From the IMG/VR virus record IMGVR_UViG_3300045988_167732, positions 64,001-128,000 of that record: a DNA stretch of 64,000 nt, one strand, 5' to 3'. The notes beneath the pieces were generated by a model. It did no database searches. It worked only from the letters and a program-made list of their open reading frames with translations, and was not told the origin of the DNA. Positions 42,688 to 51,504 of this stretch are shown piece by piece (the stretch's first letter is position 1; every line of letters starts with the position of its first letter). This DNA comes from a virus. A program made the position numbers and the translations under genes.

Positions 42688-43315
42688 ATGGATAAGATTA
42701 CTTATTTAAGAAAGACTAAAGAGAAAATTAACAAAGAGTATTTAAAAAAATTGCATGGAATAGATGAAATTTTTAAGAGCGATAATGTTCAGATTGCAAT
42801 TTGCGAGCAACGCTCGCGCGTTGATTTATGTCGGGAAGAATATTATTTGTAATAATTTTTATCATGCTATTAAAAATGACGGGACTGTTTCTTTTAAAAT
42901 TAATGAATTGAAGAGTTTATTGAGAGGTAAACTTATTCATCCTTCTGATTGGTTTATTAGTAGATGTCCTAAGTGTGGTTGCTATTTATATTATCCTTGC
43001 GTAAGTACAAGTAAAGGTTATCCTGAATTTGGTAAAAAGGGTTTTGTGGGTATATGTGCTAACTGCTTTGAAGAAAGATTGATTGAGAATACTAAGGCTA
43101 TTAATTTTCCTATCGAACGTGAACATCGCTTACGCGATGAACATGGATATCAACTTGTGAATTATAAATATTATATTAAAGCTGGGACTATGAATAGAAA
43201 TGAACTTGAACAGTTTGTGAAAGAACTTGGGAATAGAAAGTATTGCAATGGCACTTTAATGAGTATTGATAAAGATTTGAATATGTTAGAATTGGGAGCA
43301 ATGCTCCCGCATTGA
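42688..43315 (+). CDS. Cys-rich zinc-ribbon protein, paralog B, apparently split by a +1 frame change near 42847
   Basis: Strong SD AGGAGG serves ATG 42688 (a 54-aa frame ending at TAA 42850); ORF 42764-43315 in the +1 frame has no SD; similarity to paralog A spans both frames. Confidence 0.5.
42803..42824 (+). repeat. G+C-rich hairpin element, copy a
   Basis: GCGAGC-AAC-GCTCGC-GCGTTGA. Confidence 0.6.
43294..43315 (+). repeat. G+C-rich hairpin element, copy b
   Basis: GGGAGC-AAT-GCTCCC-GCATTGA; a compensatory C/G to G/C change relative to copy a. Confidence 0.6.
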
Positions 43316-43494
43316 AATTAGGTGATATTATTGATAGTGGCAACGCTATCGGTTCGTGTAACATTGATAGTGACACTTCTGAAAAGAACACTTCTGAAAA
43401 AGATATTTCTGCTCGTGATGATATTGAAAAAACCATGAAGAGTTTCTTTGGTAATATTTGGGATAATCTTTATCAAGATGAACAATCTTCTTAA
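43312..43494 (+). CDS. hypothetical acidic small protein
   Basis: ORF track; TTG start with a weak SD. Confidence 0.35.
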   Translation: MKLGDIIDSGNAIGSCNIDSDTSEKNTSEKDISARDDIEKTMKSFFGNIWDNLYQDEQSS

Positions 43495-43586
43495 AGGGTA
43501 ATAAGAAAAAATAGAATGAAATATAGATAACAAGATTCTTGTGAAAGTTTGAATAAGTTACAAGAAAGTTGTAAAGTTTGAGAGTG

Positions 43587-43615
43587 AATTATCGTTAAAC
43601 GATAATTTTGTTTGA
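43587..43615 (+). terminator. palindromic hairpin terminator
   Basis: AATTATCGTT/AACGATAATT followed by TTGTTTG. Confidence 0.5.
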
Positions 43616-43630
43616 AGAAAAACGTAGTAT

Positions 43631-43698
43631 GGAATGTTATGGTACATTTAGTACATTTAATGGAATGTTTGGAACATTCTTGGAATATTTGGTACATT
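43631..43698 (+). repeat. seven helically phased GG(A/T)A(C/T)(A/G)TT boxes (iteron- or operator-like)
   Basis: Boxes start at 43631, 43641, 43651, 43662, 43671, 43682 and 43691. Confidence 0.75.
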
Positions 43699-43919
43699 AG
43701 CCCTGACGTACCGAAGGCCAATTTTGCCCATTTTCCTATTCTGGTGCTCTTTTAGGTAAGGAGAGGTAGCCATAAGCACAATCTTTTTTTCAAAAAAATT
43801 TACAAAAAATTCATAATCTGTTCACAATTTAAACAAACCACCTCTAAATGCTCAAAAATTAACATTTTCCATCTCATACCCAAAAAGTAACAATCTGTAA
43901 CCAAAATCTCATTAACTTC

Positions 43920-43948
43920 TTGACAACACCTCCTTCTTATGTTATAAT
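43920..43948 (+). promoter_or_regulatory. sigma70-type promoter
   Basis: TTGACA, 17-nt spacer, TGTTATAAT. Confidence 0.7.
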
Positions 43949-44081
43949 ACTCTCATGGTTGTATAAAGTAGGTAATAAACATTATTGCCAACGACCTAAG
44001 CGTTAAGGGTGAGTAATCTATTAAGAATCCGTATCTTAATATAAGTTATTCATCATATAGACTTAAGGAAGGAAACGATAA

Positions 44082-45083
44082 ATGAAAAACAAGAAATATA
44101 CAATTAAATATAGCAAGCCTAACCATAGCAACACAAACACAAACACAAACACAAACACCCCAACACATGAAGCACAACTCACAAACACACATCCTCTAAT
44201 TAAGACAAGTATTCGTAAAGCGATTGCAACTTGTCTCACATTCAGTTTAGTGGTAAGTGTAGTAGGGTATGCTCAAGCCTTAAATAAAACAGGCGAAGAT
44301 AATGCTTCCAAAGATAATGCTTCAACTTTGAGTGAAACTGAAATCTCCTCTCCTCATTATATTGCCATTAAAAACTTCCAAACACAAAAAGAAAATTATT
44401 GGGACATAAGCAATATCGAAAACATTGGTCCTGATAGAATTTTTTATGTGGACATGAGTAAAATGGTTGAGAACAATGCTGAAAATAATGATGAACCTGT
44501 TTATATTTTTTCAGACATGAGCGTACAGTATTCTAAAGGTCAAACTTCTGGAAGCAAAACTTCTGAACCTGAACATACAGAACCTAAGACCTCAACTTAT
44601 CGCTACGCATATTTAATTCATCTGACTGATTCTGAACGTCATGTAGCAGAAAGCATTGTAGCTGGTGAGAGTGGAAATCAACCCTTTGTAGGAAAGAAAC
44701 TCGTAGCACAGGCTATTTATAATGGTATGCTGAGAGACAATATGTCCCCCTCACAAGTAAGAAAACAATACTCCTATGATGGATATAAGGACATTGATGA
44801 ATTTGAAAAAGAATGTCTTAAAGCCTATGGCAACACAAATGCTGCTGATGAATGTAGACAAGCAGTAAAAGAGATATTCGATAATTATAGTATGCCTACA
44901 GATGATTTTGTATTATTCTTCTATGCTCCTGCGCATAGTAAAGGCACATGGCATGAGAATGCTAAGACTTTAAAGCCTATTACTTATGTAAAAGAAGATG
45001 GAAGCACTACTAATTATATTGGCGGTCATAAATTCTTTGCTTTGAAGAATGAACCTGTAATCAATTATACCAGAGAAGGTTAA
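44082..45083 (+). CDS. membrane-anchored SleB/Hydrolase_2-like cell-wall hydrolase (tentative)
   Basis: N-terminal transmembrane segment; C-terminal AESIVAGESGNQPFVGKKLVAQAIYNGM resembles the SleB-family core; (NT)5 repeat near the N-terminus. Confidence 0.5.
   Translation: MKNKKYTIKYSKPNHSNTNTNTNTNTPTHEAQLTNTHPLIKTSIRKAIATCLTFSLVVSVVGYAQALNKTGEDNASKDNASTLSETEISSPHYIAIKNFQTQKENYWDISNIENIGPDRIFYVDMSKMVENNAENNDEPVYIFSDMSVQYSKGQTSGSKTSEPEHTEPKTSTYRYAYLIHLTDSERHVAESIVAGESGNQPFVGKKLVAQAIYNGMLRDNMSPSQVRKQYSYDGYKDIDEFEKECLKAYGNTNAADECRQAVKEIFDNYSMPTDDFVLFFYAPAHSKGTWHENAKTLKPITYVKEDGSTTNYIGGHKFFALKNEPVINYTREG
44131..44154 (+). repeat. hexanucleotide microsatellite (ACACAA)x4
   Basis: Read directly; encodes the NTNTNTNT run. 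Confidence 0.9.
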
Positions 45084-45492
45084 GGATTTATAATAATCTA
45101 ATTTATTTGTAAGCAAGCTTAGGACTTGAGTACGGTTTGAATATAATTTGGATATATTTTAATTCTAAAATATGGCGAATTTAATTTAGACTGAAAAGTA
45201 ATAATAATTATAATTAAATTAAAAGAAAAAGCAAAAGAAATAGAAAAAAAATAAAAACAAAAAGAAAATAAATAATTTAATTATAATACATTACAAATAC
45301 AAAAGTACAAAGCTACTAAAAATTAGTAGTATACTTTTACCCAAATGATGATGCAACAAAAAACAGAACGAAATTTATAAGTAATTAATATATAATTAAT
45401 CCATAATTTTGTTTAGTTGTATATCTATTGCTCAAGTATGCTTTATACAACCTAATGATGTCTGTAGTAAGTCAAGAAAAATTATTAAACTC

Positions 45493-45521
45493 TTGACAAG
45501 CTACAGACATTTTGCTATAAT
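45493..45521 (+). promoter_or_regulatory. sigma70-type promoter
   Basis: TTGACA, 17-nt spacer, TGCTATAAT; the spacer arm CTACAGACAT pairs with ATGTCTGTAG upstream. Confidence 0.7.
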
Positions 45522-45563
45522 AATTAATGTAAAGAATGTGAAATGTAAAGAGAGGTGTATGTG

Positions 45564-46010
45564 ATGCCGAGAGGTAGACCGAGAAAAAATCCTTTGCCTA
45601 TTATTGATACTGTCACGACAAACTCTAGTGAGAATGTTGTAAAGGAAGTTTCTAGTGAGACTACCAAGACAGAAGATGTTAATAAAATGGGAGTAGAAGT
45701 AGAGACTGTAAATAAAGGTAGACCCAAAAAGGATGACACACCTCGATGTGTATGTTGCAAAGAACCTATTTATTCAGGGCGTAGATTAAATCTATCTTTG
45801 CTTACAACACTTGCATCTTATCATTTTGCTGTAGAAGAAATGCAGCCTTATATTTGTAGTAGGTGTGCTTCTGATTTAGGGGAGGTTATTAATAAATGGC
45901 TCATCAAACATGGAGCAGAAGTTAAGCCATACTATAAGCCAGAATATATGGCTAAGAACTATGATGCTGGACTATCTAAAAATTTAAAGGAGGATAATTC
46001 AAATGGCTGA
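45564..46010 (+). CDS. DNA-binding protein with two AT-hooks and a zinc ribbon
   Basis: MPRGRPRKNP and NKGRPKKD AT-hook cores; CVCC...CSRC. Confidence 0.6.
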   Translation: MPRGRPRKNPLPIIDTVTTNSSENVVKEVSSETTKTEDVNKMGVEVETVNKGRPKKDDTPRCVCCKEPIYSGRRLNLSLLTTLASYHFAVEEMQPYICSRCASDLGEVINKWLIKHGAEVKPYYKPEYMAKNYDAGLSKNLKEDNSNG

Positions 46011-46302
46011 GACCAGTATTGATTTCATTCATGGAGAAGATGTTGCTGTATGGAGTTCTGATTATTTCACTGTAATTAGGACTATGGAGGAATATCTCAA
46101 GAATTATCCTGACGAAATAAGTGTTGTATCTGATTATAGTGACAGTGATGGGCAGAACAGATGTTTGACTATTAAGATTCCTGCTAAGTGGATGAGAAAC
46201 CCCAAGCCTCCCAAGAGTCGCAATTTAACTGAGGAACAGAGAGAAGCCATGGTAGAACGTGGCAAGAGAATTGCTGCTTCAAGATGGGGGAATAAAGAAT
46301 AA
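46003..46302 (+). CDS. hypothetical protein (99 aa)
   Basis: ORF track; overlapping start. Confidence 0.65.
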   Translation: MAETSIDFIHGEDVAVWSSDYFTVIRTMEEYLKNYPDEISVVSDYSDSDGQNRCLTIKIPAKWMRNPKPPKSRNLTEEQREAMVERGKRIAASRWGNKE

Positions 46303-46326
46303 TAAGAAAGAATATGTAGATATAAG

Positions 46327-46362
46327 AAGACCTGACTTTTATAAGTTGGGTCTTTTTTGTTT
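46327..46362 (+). terminator. rho-independent terminator ending the + strand block
   Basis: AAGACCTGAC/GTTGGGTCTT stem (with wobbles) followed by TTTTTGTTTTG. Confidence 0.7.
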
Positions 46363-46671
46363 TGCAATTTTGCTTTGTGGGTGTGAGATGGATGAAAGAT
46401 GGGAGACTTATAAATAAATTATTTATATTTGAGCTTCAATTTTGAAAGATGGGGATTGGGTGGTGTAATTTGATGGGTGGAAAAAGAAATTGATTTTAAG
46501 ATGAAATTTATAAAGAATTGTTTACAAATGAAATGTTGCGTAAATATGAAGTGATGAATATGGAGAGATGAAATTGCTGAATATTTGCTGAGAAGAAGTG
46601 AAAGTAGCGAAGCGGGAAAAAGATTCTCCCTTGTGGTGATTAAAAAGACCCCCCCCGTTGCATCTTAAAAA

Positions 46672-46687
46672 GGGTGGGTGGGTTGGG
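46672..46687 (+). other. canonical G-quadruplex motif
   Basis: GGGTGGGTGGGTTGGG; a second G-run GGGGTGGTGGTGGGG lies at 46815-46829. Confidence 0.6.
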
Positions 46688-46835
46688 AGATTAAAGTGAG
46701 AGAGAAACATAGTGGGACCTTCGCATCCGACGAACCTGAAAAAGTTTTGCCCTTTGATGAGGGTTTATTGAAAGGAAGGCGTTTCTCCTTTCAATTACCA
46801 ATTTTTAATTTTTTGGGGTGGTGGTGGGGAAAACT

Positions 46836-46875
46836 AAAAAATCTCCCCCTTGGAAATTAGAAAAATCTCCCCCTT
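46836..46875 (+). repeat. direct repeat AAAAATCTCCCCCTT x2
   Basis: Copies at 46837-46851 and 46861-46875. Confidence 0.8.
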
Positions 46876-47000
46876 AAATAAGGAAAAAGTTCCCCATCAA
46901 AAGGAAAATAGATTCTCACTGAGTAAGAATCTTAACTTATAGCCACTGAATAACTATAAGTGCTAAGAAGTCTAACCCACCCTCCCTACCAAGACTTCAC

Positions 47001-47450
47001 TTAACGGACACAAATTGAACCAATGTCTTCATAACGAACGACTTTGTATTCTTCTCGATTATTGTCACGAAGATGAATTTCCTGAAGTCGTTCATTCCAT
47101 GTTACATAATCGCACCACATATCAGTGCCATCTTTAAGATAAACCTGAGTCACTGGATGCTCCCTCCTTATTTTCTTCCAAAAATATTTTTGTTGTTCAC
47201 AGAAATGCTCATATTCATATTTTTCATCCCTTCGATGGTATTCCTCGTAATACTTTTTAGCCATAGCTAAAGAATCAATAGACTTACCATCTTTGAATTT
47301 TCTTGCTGCTAAGATTGAAGTTTCATCCATTTTAGCAATTCCAATGAATGTGAGAATTGTAATAGGAATTACAATAAACCAAAACAAAGGAACTCCTGCA
47401 AACAGACGAATTAGAATTGCAATGGGAAGACCAATTGCGAAGTAAGCCAA
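47001..47450 (-). CDS. membrane-anchored hypothetical protein (149 aa)
   Basis: ORF track; two N-terminal hydrophobic segments. Confidence 0.7.
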   Translation of the reverse strand: MAYFAIGLPIAILIRLFAGVPLFWFIVIPITILTFIGIAKMDETSILAARKFKDGKSIDSLAMAKKYYEEYHRRDEKYEYEHFCEQQKYFWKKIRREHPVTQVYLKDGTDMWCDYVTWNERLQEIHLRDNNREEYKVVRYEDIGSICVR

Positions 47451-47483
47451 AGTATCACAACCTTTCTTTAATTTTGATTATAC

Positions 47484-47807
47484 TTAGGTTTCATCAGTAA
47501 TTTTCCCTCCTCTCTTTTCTTTAACTACCTGAGCATAATCCATTTCATAACACCAAATAGAGCCATTGTCATACAAAGGCTTGACAACAACACTATCAGG
47601 ATTCTGCAAATTATCTCTGACATAATTTACTTCCTTCATAGAGAAGAAGTAACGACTGGTTTCATCTTTACGCTTACGCATACAAATTTTATTGAAATGA
47701 CAGATGCACTCTGTAAAGTAAGAGTCAAGCATTTCAGACATAACTTCAGCAAAAATAGCAGCAGTAGAGATAGGAGTATTGTTATTAAGATTCTTTTCCA
47801 TGACCAT
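47484..47807 (-). CDS. hypothetical protein (107 aa)
   Basis: ORF track. Confidence 0.65.
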   Translation of the reverse strand: MVMEKNLNNNTPISTAAIFAEVMSEMLDSYFTECICHFNKICMRKRKDETSRYFFSMKEVNYVRDNLQNPDSVVVKPLYDNGSIWCYEMDYAQVVKEKRGGKITDET

Positions 47808-47880
47808 AAATCCTTTCTAAAATAAATAGTTTAATTGTTGAGGTTAATTTGTAAGAAAGGGGAGATTTCTCTCCCCAATC

Positions 47881-47964
47881 TTATTTTGCTCTACCAATGA
47901 GCCACAGGATTGCGATTGCAATCTCAAAACAAAGTAACACACCTTCGATGGTTATACACTTCAC
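47881..47964 (-). CDS. hydrophobic mini-protein (27 aa)
   Basis: GTG start 4 nt after AGGAGG; MKCITIEGVLLCFEIAIAILWLIGRAK; followed by the GGGGAGA/TCTCCCC hairpin. Confidence 0.35.
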   Translation of the reverse strand: MKCITIEGVLLCFEIAIAILWLIGRAK

Positions 47965-48023
47965 CTCCTTTCATTAAATTTTAAAGAATCTACATATACA
48001 TCACCTCCTTTCTTATTATAAAT

Positions 48024-48689
48024 TTATTCTTTTTCTTGATAAGCATACTCTCCAAAATATTTTTTTTCTCCTTTCTTTCGAGCCTCGATTGCCTCTTCTT
48101 TTGTATCATAAGTACCAAGCCAGTGATATTTTTTGTAAGCTGTGATTTCAGCGAACCATCGTCCACTTTTAGCTTGACGCACTCCGACTGTTGGAAGCTG
48201 TTTTTTGTTAATAACATTATCATTTTGAGCACAAATTCTTAAATTGTTTTTTCTGTTATCTCTAACTTTATGATTAATATGGTCAACAACTTCCCCTTCT
48301 TTTGCATTCATTACATAACGATGGAAAGAAATATCCTTACCATCTAAAACACCATAGATATATCCTGCACTTTGAATATGCCAACAAATATCTTTTATTT
48401 TATCATAGTCTTCTTTATCAAACAAAAAAGTGATGTCGGAATTGTCAATTTTGCCAACGCCATACTCTCCCGACAAATCGTACTCATTATATTTTCTTAA
48501 ATTTTCTTTCCTCCTTTTATCTCCATAACAACCGCAAGAAACAGTTGCTCCCGAACGTAAATGTCTTCCAGCTATCGACTTACGATTACCGCATATGCAT
48601 TGACAAATCCAGTATCCTTTTCTATCAGGGTCTTTTTCTTCAACTTGAAGAAAGCCATAAGTTTGTCCAGTTAAATCTATTTTTCTCAT
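48024..48689 (-). CDS. HNH homing endonuclease with an AP2 DNA-binding domain
   Basis: VDHINHKVRDNRKNNLR HNH motif; GVRQAKSGRWFAEI...WLGTYDTKEEA AP2-like domain. Confidence 0.85.
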   Translation of the reverse strand: MRKIDLTGQTYGFLQVEEKDPDRKGYWICQCICGNRKSIAGRHLRSGATVSCGCYGDKRRKENLRKYNEYDLSGEYGVGKIDNSDITFLFDKEDYDKIKDICWHIQSAGYIYGVLDGKDISFHRYVMNAKEGEVVDHINHKVRDNRKNNLRICAQNDNVINKKQLPTVGVRQAKSGRWFAEITAYKKYHWLGTYDTKEEAIEARKKGEKKYFGEYAYQEKE

Positions 48690-48707
48690 TTAATATATTC
48701 TCCTTCT

Positions 48708-49358
48708 TTAATGTTGGTTGAAAACAACAGATTCTCCTTTCTTAAGATTCCAGCATTTACCACAAGTGGCACAATTTCCTAAACATTCAAAAGAATCTTC
48801 AGGAATCTTTTGATTCTGTCCCTCCATTGCCTTTACTTTAAAACGAACAAAAGTCATAGGTAAATGAAATGGATTTTCTGGAATCCAATTTCCCCAAGTG
48901 CTGAAAACAATTTTAAGATTATCAGGAATTGTTTCGTCTGTTGCTAAATAGTTGTTCACAATTTGAAACTGTTTTGTAAACGCTAAATATTTTACATCAG
49001 GATTGTCTCTTGCGACTTTACACATTCCTTCTAAATAAGCTCTATCTACAATGTCTCCAGAATCATGCCATCTTACCATCTTAAAAAAAGATGTATTACA
49101 AGAAAGCTGATTAAAGAAAGACTTAGGATTAGTTTTATAAATATTCAGGTTGCGTTCTCTTACACTCTTTGCTGAAGCAAACATATAATGCCCCTTTAAA
49201 GCATAGCAATATTTACGACAAGGCGCATCAGGATTGCAGGTTTTACCAGCAGGAAGGTTGATAGCTCCGATAAATTTGCCAAGTTTGGAGTTACCAGTAG
49301 AGATAAAGACAACAGGAGAAGAGACAGATTCCAGATATTTAGCATCATTCAATTTCAT
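48708..49358 (-). CDS. Cys-rich GP88-like protein (tentative)
   Basis: LPAGKTCNPDAPCRKYCYALKG and C-terminal CATCGKC motifs; start at ATG 49358 after GGAAG. Confidence 0.4.
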   Translation of the reverse strand: MKLNDAKYLESVSSPVVFISTGNSKLGKFIGAINLPAGKTCNPDAPCRKYCYALKGHYMFASAKSVRERNLNIYKTNPKSFFNQLSCNTSFFKMVRWHDSGDIVDRAYLEGMCKVARDNPDVKYLAFTKQFQIVNNYLATDETIPDNLKIVFSTWGNWIPENPFHLPMTFVRFKVKAMEGQNQKIPEDSFECLGNCATCGKCWNLKKGESVVFNQH

Positions 49359-49410
49359 AATAACATACTTCCTTTCAAATGTCAATATTTATTGATGTTT
49401 TTTGTATATA

Positions 49411-49941
49411 TTAGCAGTACTCATGGGTAGTTTTACTTTCATCCATAGCACTGATTGCCTTAGTAGAAAGGCATAAAAGGTCTTCGTTTGTAAAAGTATG
49501 AAGCTGATTTTGTGCTTTGTGCTTGGCATCATCAAAGCTTTTTGCTTCAACGAAAACTTCGAGAGTACCTTTAACCTCAAGAAGAACGTCATACTTTTGA
49601 AACTTGGAAGACTGTTTGAGTTCTGTTGCGTAATACTCTTTAAGAGTACTTATAGCCAGAATGAAACTAGACCTAAAAGCAAGACCAGTCCAAAGAGTAA
49701 TGTTTCTCTTAAGGTCAACAATCCAATAAACAGAAGGATGTTCAAGCTCCTCCTTCATTTCAGACTGCTCCTTGAGATATTTCATAAAATCTCGAAGATA
49801 TTCATACATATAGGCTTCTTTGATATGTTTGCCATCATAATGAGAAGTAGGCAAAGAAATGTTGTCATAATACTCAGGGTCTCCAAAAGCAATCATAACA
49901 ACAGGCTTATTGATATGGTCTCCACAGAAATAAGTTAACAT
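49411..49941 (-). CDS. hypothetical protein (176 aa)
   Basis: ORF track. Confidence 0.7.
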   Translation of the reverse strand: MLTYFCGDHINKPVVMIAFGDPEYYDNISLPTSHYDGKHIKEAYMYEYLRDFMKYLKEQSEMKEELEHPSVYWIVDLKRNITLWTGLAFRSSFILAISTLKEYYATELKQSSKFQKYDVLLEVKGTLEVFVEAKSFDDAKHKAQNQLHTFTNEDLLCLSTKAISAMDESKTTHEYC

Positions 49942-50268
49942 TTAAGCACACTCCTTTTCAATTTCTTTAATGTGAGACAGCATGGAATTTGTGGCAGGAA
50001 CAAAGTTGTGGATATAAGAAAACGCATAATGATTTTTCCAATCACGACTATCCCAAATCCACTTGATAGAAAGCTTTTCAGTTTTGGGATTATAGATAGT
50101 CATGATTCCCAAACATCTTTCAGGATTTTCATCAAGAATATCCACTTTAGGAGGATAGAACTCGATGTAATATCTATGTTCTACGTTTGCCCAAGGGGTA
50201 AAGATTTTAAACTTGCCATACTCGTTTTCGAGGTTGGTGCGAACAGAACGAAGATTTAAAGTTGCCAT
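49942..50268 (-). CDS. hypothetical protein (108 aa)
   Basis: ORF track; SD AAAGGAG. Confidence 0.7.
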   Translation of the reverse strand: MATLNLRSVRTNLENEYGKFKIFTPWANVEHRYYIEFYPPKVDILDENPERCLGIMTIYNPKTEKLSIKWIWDSRDWKNHYAFSYIHNFVPATNSMLSHIKEIEKECA

Positions 50269-50301
50269 AATTATACTCCTTTCAATTTTAAACGGCTTAA
50301 C

Positions 50302-50862
50302 TTAAATGATGTAGGACTTATATCTTTCGGTTGTAAGAACTTTCTTTTTAATCACATCCTTATAATTCATGATATAGGATTCGATAGGCTTATTCCACTG
50401 CCAACAATCCTTGCGAGTTTCCTGACCAATGCAAGATTTTGTTCCCTCGTAAACAGTGATAAAGAAAGGTCTATACTGATTACGAAGCATTTGAGAAATA
50501 CGTTTCACCTCCGTCCAATCACAGATTACATTAAGAACGTTGGAACAGATAAAGACATCTGCACTAGGAAAGCCATAACCCTCATCAGGATAGTTTCTAT
50601 ACCCATTAGGATGCCAATATGGGTCGTAACCAATATATTTGATATTCTTACACTTAAGGAAATCTCCGATAACTTCAGGATAGCGACCACATCCCCAATC
50701 ATAAACAATTAAAGGAGTTCCGAAAGTTTGGTAATGGCTAAAGGCGTTTTTACACCAAACCTTGTCGTATTTCAACTGACTCCAATCAATGTGGTTGTAA
50801 ACACGAGGAAGTTTGGAGCTGTTGACAGATGTAAACTTAGAAGTGATGGGCTGGTCTTTCAT
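50302..50862 (-). CDS. SAM-dependent methyltransferase (class I-like)
   Basis: VYDWGCGRYP (motif I-like), IGYDP, DVFICSNVLNVI. Confidence 0.55.
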   Translation of the reverse strand: MKDQPITSKFTSVNSSKLPRVYNHIDWSQLKYDKVWCKNAFSHYQTFGTPLIVYDWGCGRYPEVIGDFLKCKNIKYIGYDPYWHPNGYRNYPDEGYGFPSADVFICSNVLNVICDWTEVKRISQMLRNQYRPFFITVYEGTKSCIGQETRKDCWQWNKPIESYIMNYKDVIKKKVLTTERYKSYII

Positions 50863-50896
50863 AATTTATACTCCTTTCAACTGTGTGTTGATTTAA

Positions 50897-51172
50897 TTAA
50901 CAATCAACAGTTATAGTTTCTTCAACGACAAGAAAATCACCCATGAGTTTACAATCATAGGAGGTAAACTCACTACCAGCGACACATTCAATAGGAATTT
51001 TATCGCTGTAGTAATTAAGACGCTCAAGGATTTCGTCACCTTTCCCCTCATCAAGCATAGCGCTGAGTTCGAGATATTCTTCTTCACTTTCAACTGCATA
51101 GATATGAAGCTGAGTTTTGGAGCAGGAATCGTCACTGAGCCAATTGTAGAGAGTAGAAGAATTGTATTTCAT
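50897..51172 (-). CDS. hypothetical acidic protein (91 aa)
   Basis: ORF track; SD AAAGGAG. Confidence 0.65.
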   Translation of the reverse strand: MKYNSSTLYNWLSDDSCSKTQLHIYAVESEEEYLELSAMLDEGKGDEILERLNYYSDKIPIECVAGSEFTSYDCKLMGDFLVVEETITVDC

Positions 51173-51208
51173 AGTTAAACTCCTTTCAAATTAGAACAAA
51201 TTGTTTTA

Positions 51209-51472
51209 TTACCAGTTGTAGTTATCGGACTGAAGGGTGTTAGTTACATAATTCTTTGCGGCCTTGAGTGAAGAGAATGCTTTGATAAAGGTATAAACAA
51301 CTACACCATCAATAACACTTTTTTTACTTAATTCCCAGCCCTTACGGGAGAAAACAGGACGAGAAATATAATATTTCTCATCCTTAGACATATAGAAGTT
51401 TTCTCCCTTTGTGCCAGTTACAGGCTTCCAATGAACGATGTTGTGAGAATCAGTAAGAATAATATTAGACAT
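51209..51472 (-). CDS. hypothetical protein (87 aa)
   Basis: ORF track. Confidence 0.65.
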   Translation of the reverse strand: MSNIILTDSHNIVHWKPVTGTKGENFYMSKDEKYYISRPVFSRKGWELSKKSVIDGVVVYTFIKAFSSLKAAKNYVTNTLQSDNYNW

Positions 51473-51504
51473 ACAAGCACTTCCTTTCTTTTTGTTAGAT
51501 TAAT

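Noticed and set aside
42811-42821. Shared 9-mer CTCGCGCGT between the CRISPR-like repeat (31774-31782) and the G+C hairpin at 42813
   Set aside because: A rough composition-based expectation is about 0.05 chance matches per window, so the match is suggestive. However, it is too short, the contexts differ, and there is no protospacer-length match. It is not evidence of self-targeting.
46522-46860. 62-aa (-) and 60-aa (+) ORFs in the G-rich island
   Set aside because: They arise from skewed composition (WWWG and GGG runs) and have no SD or start context.
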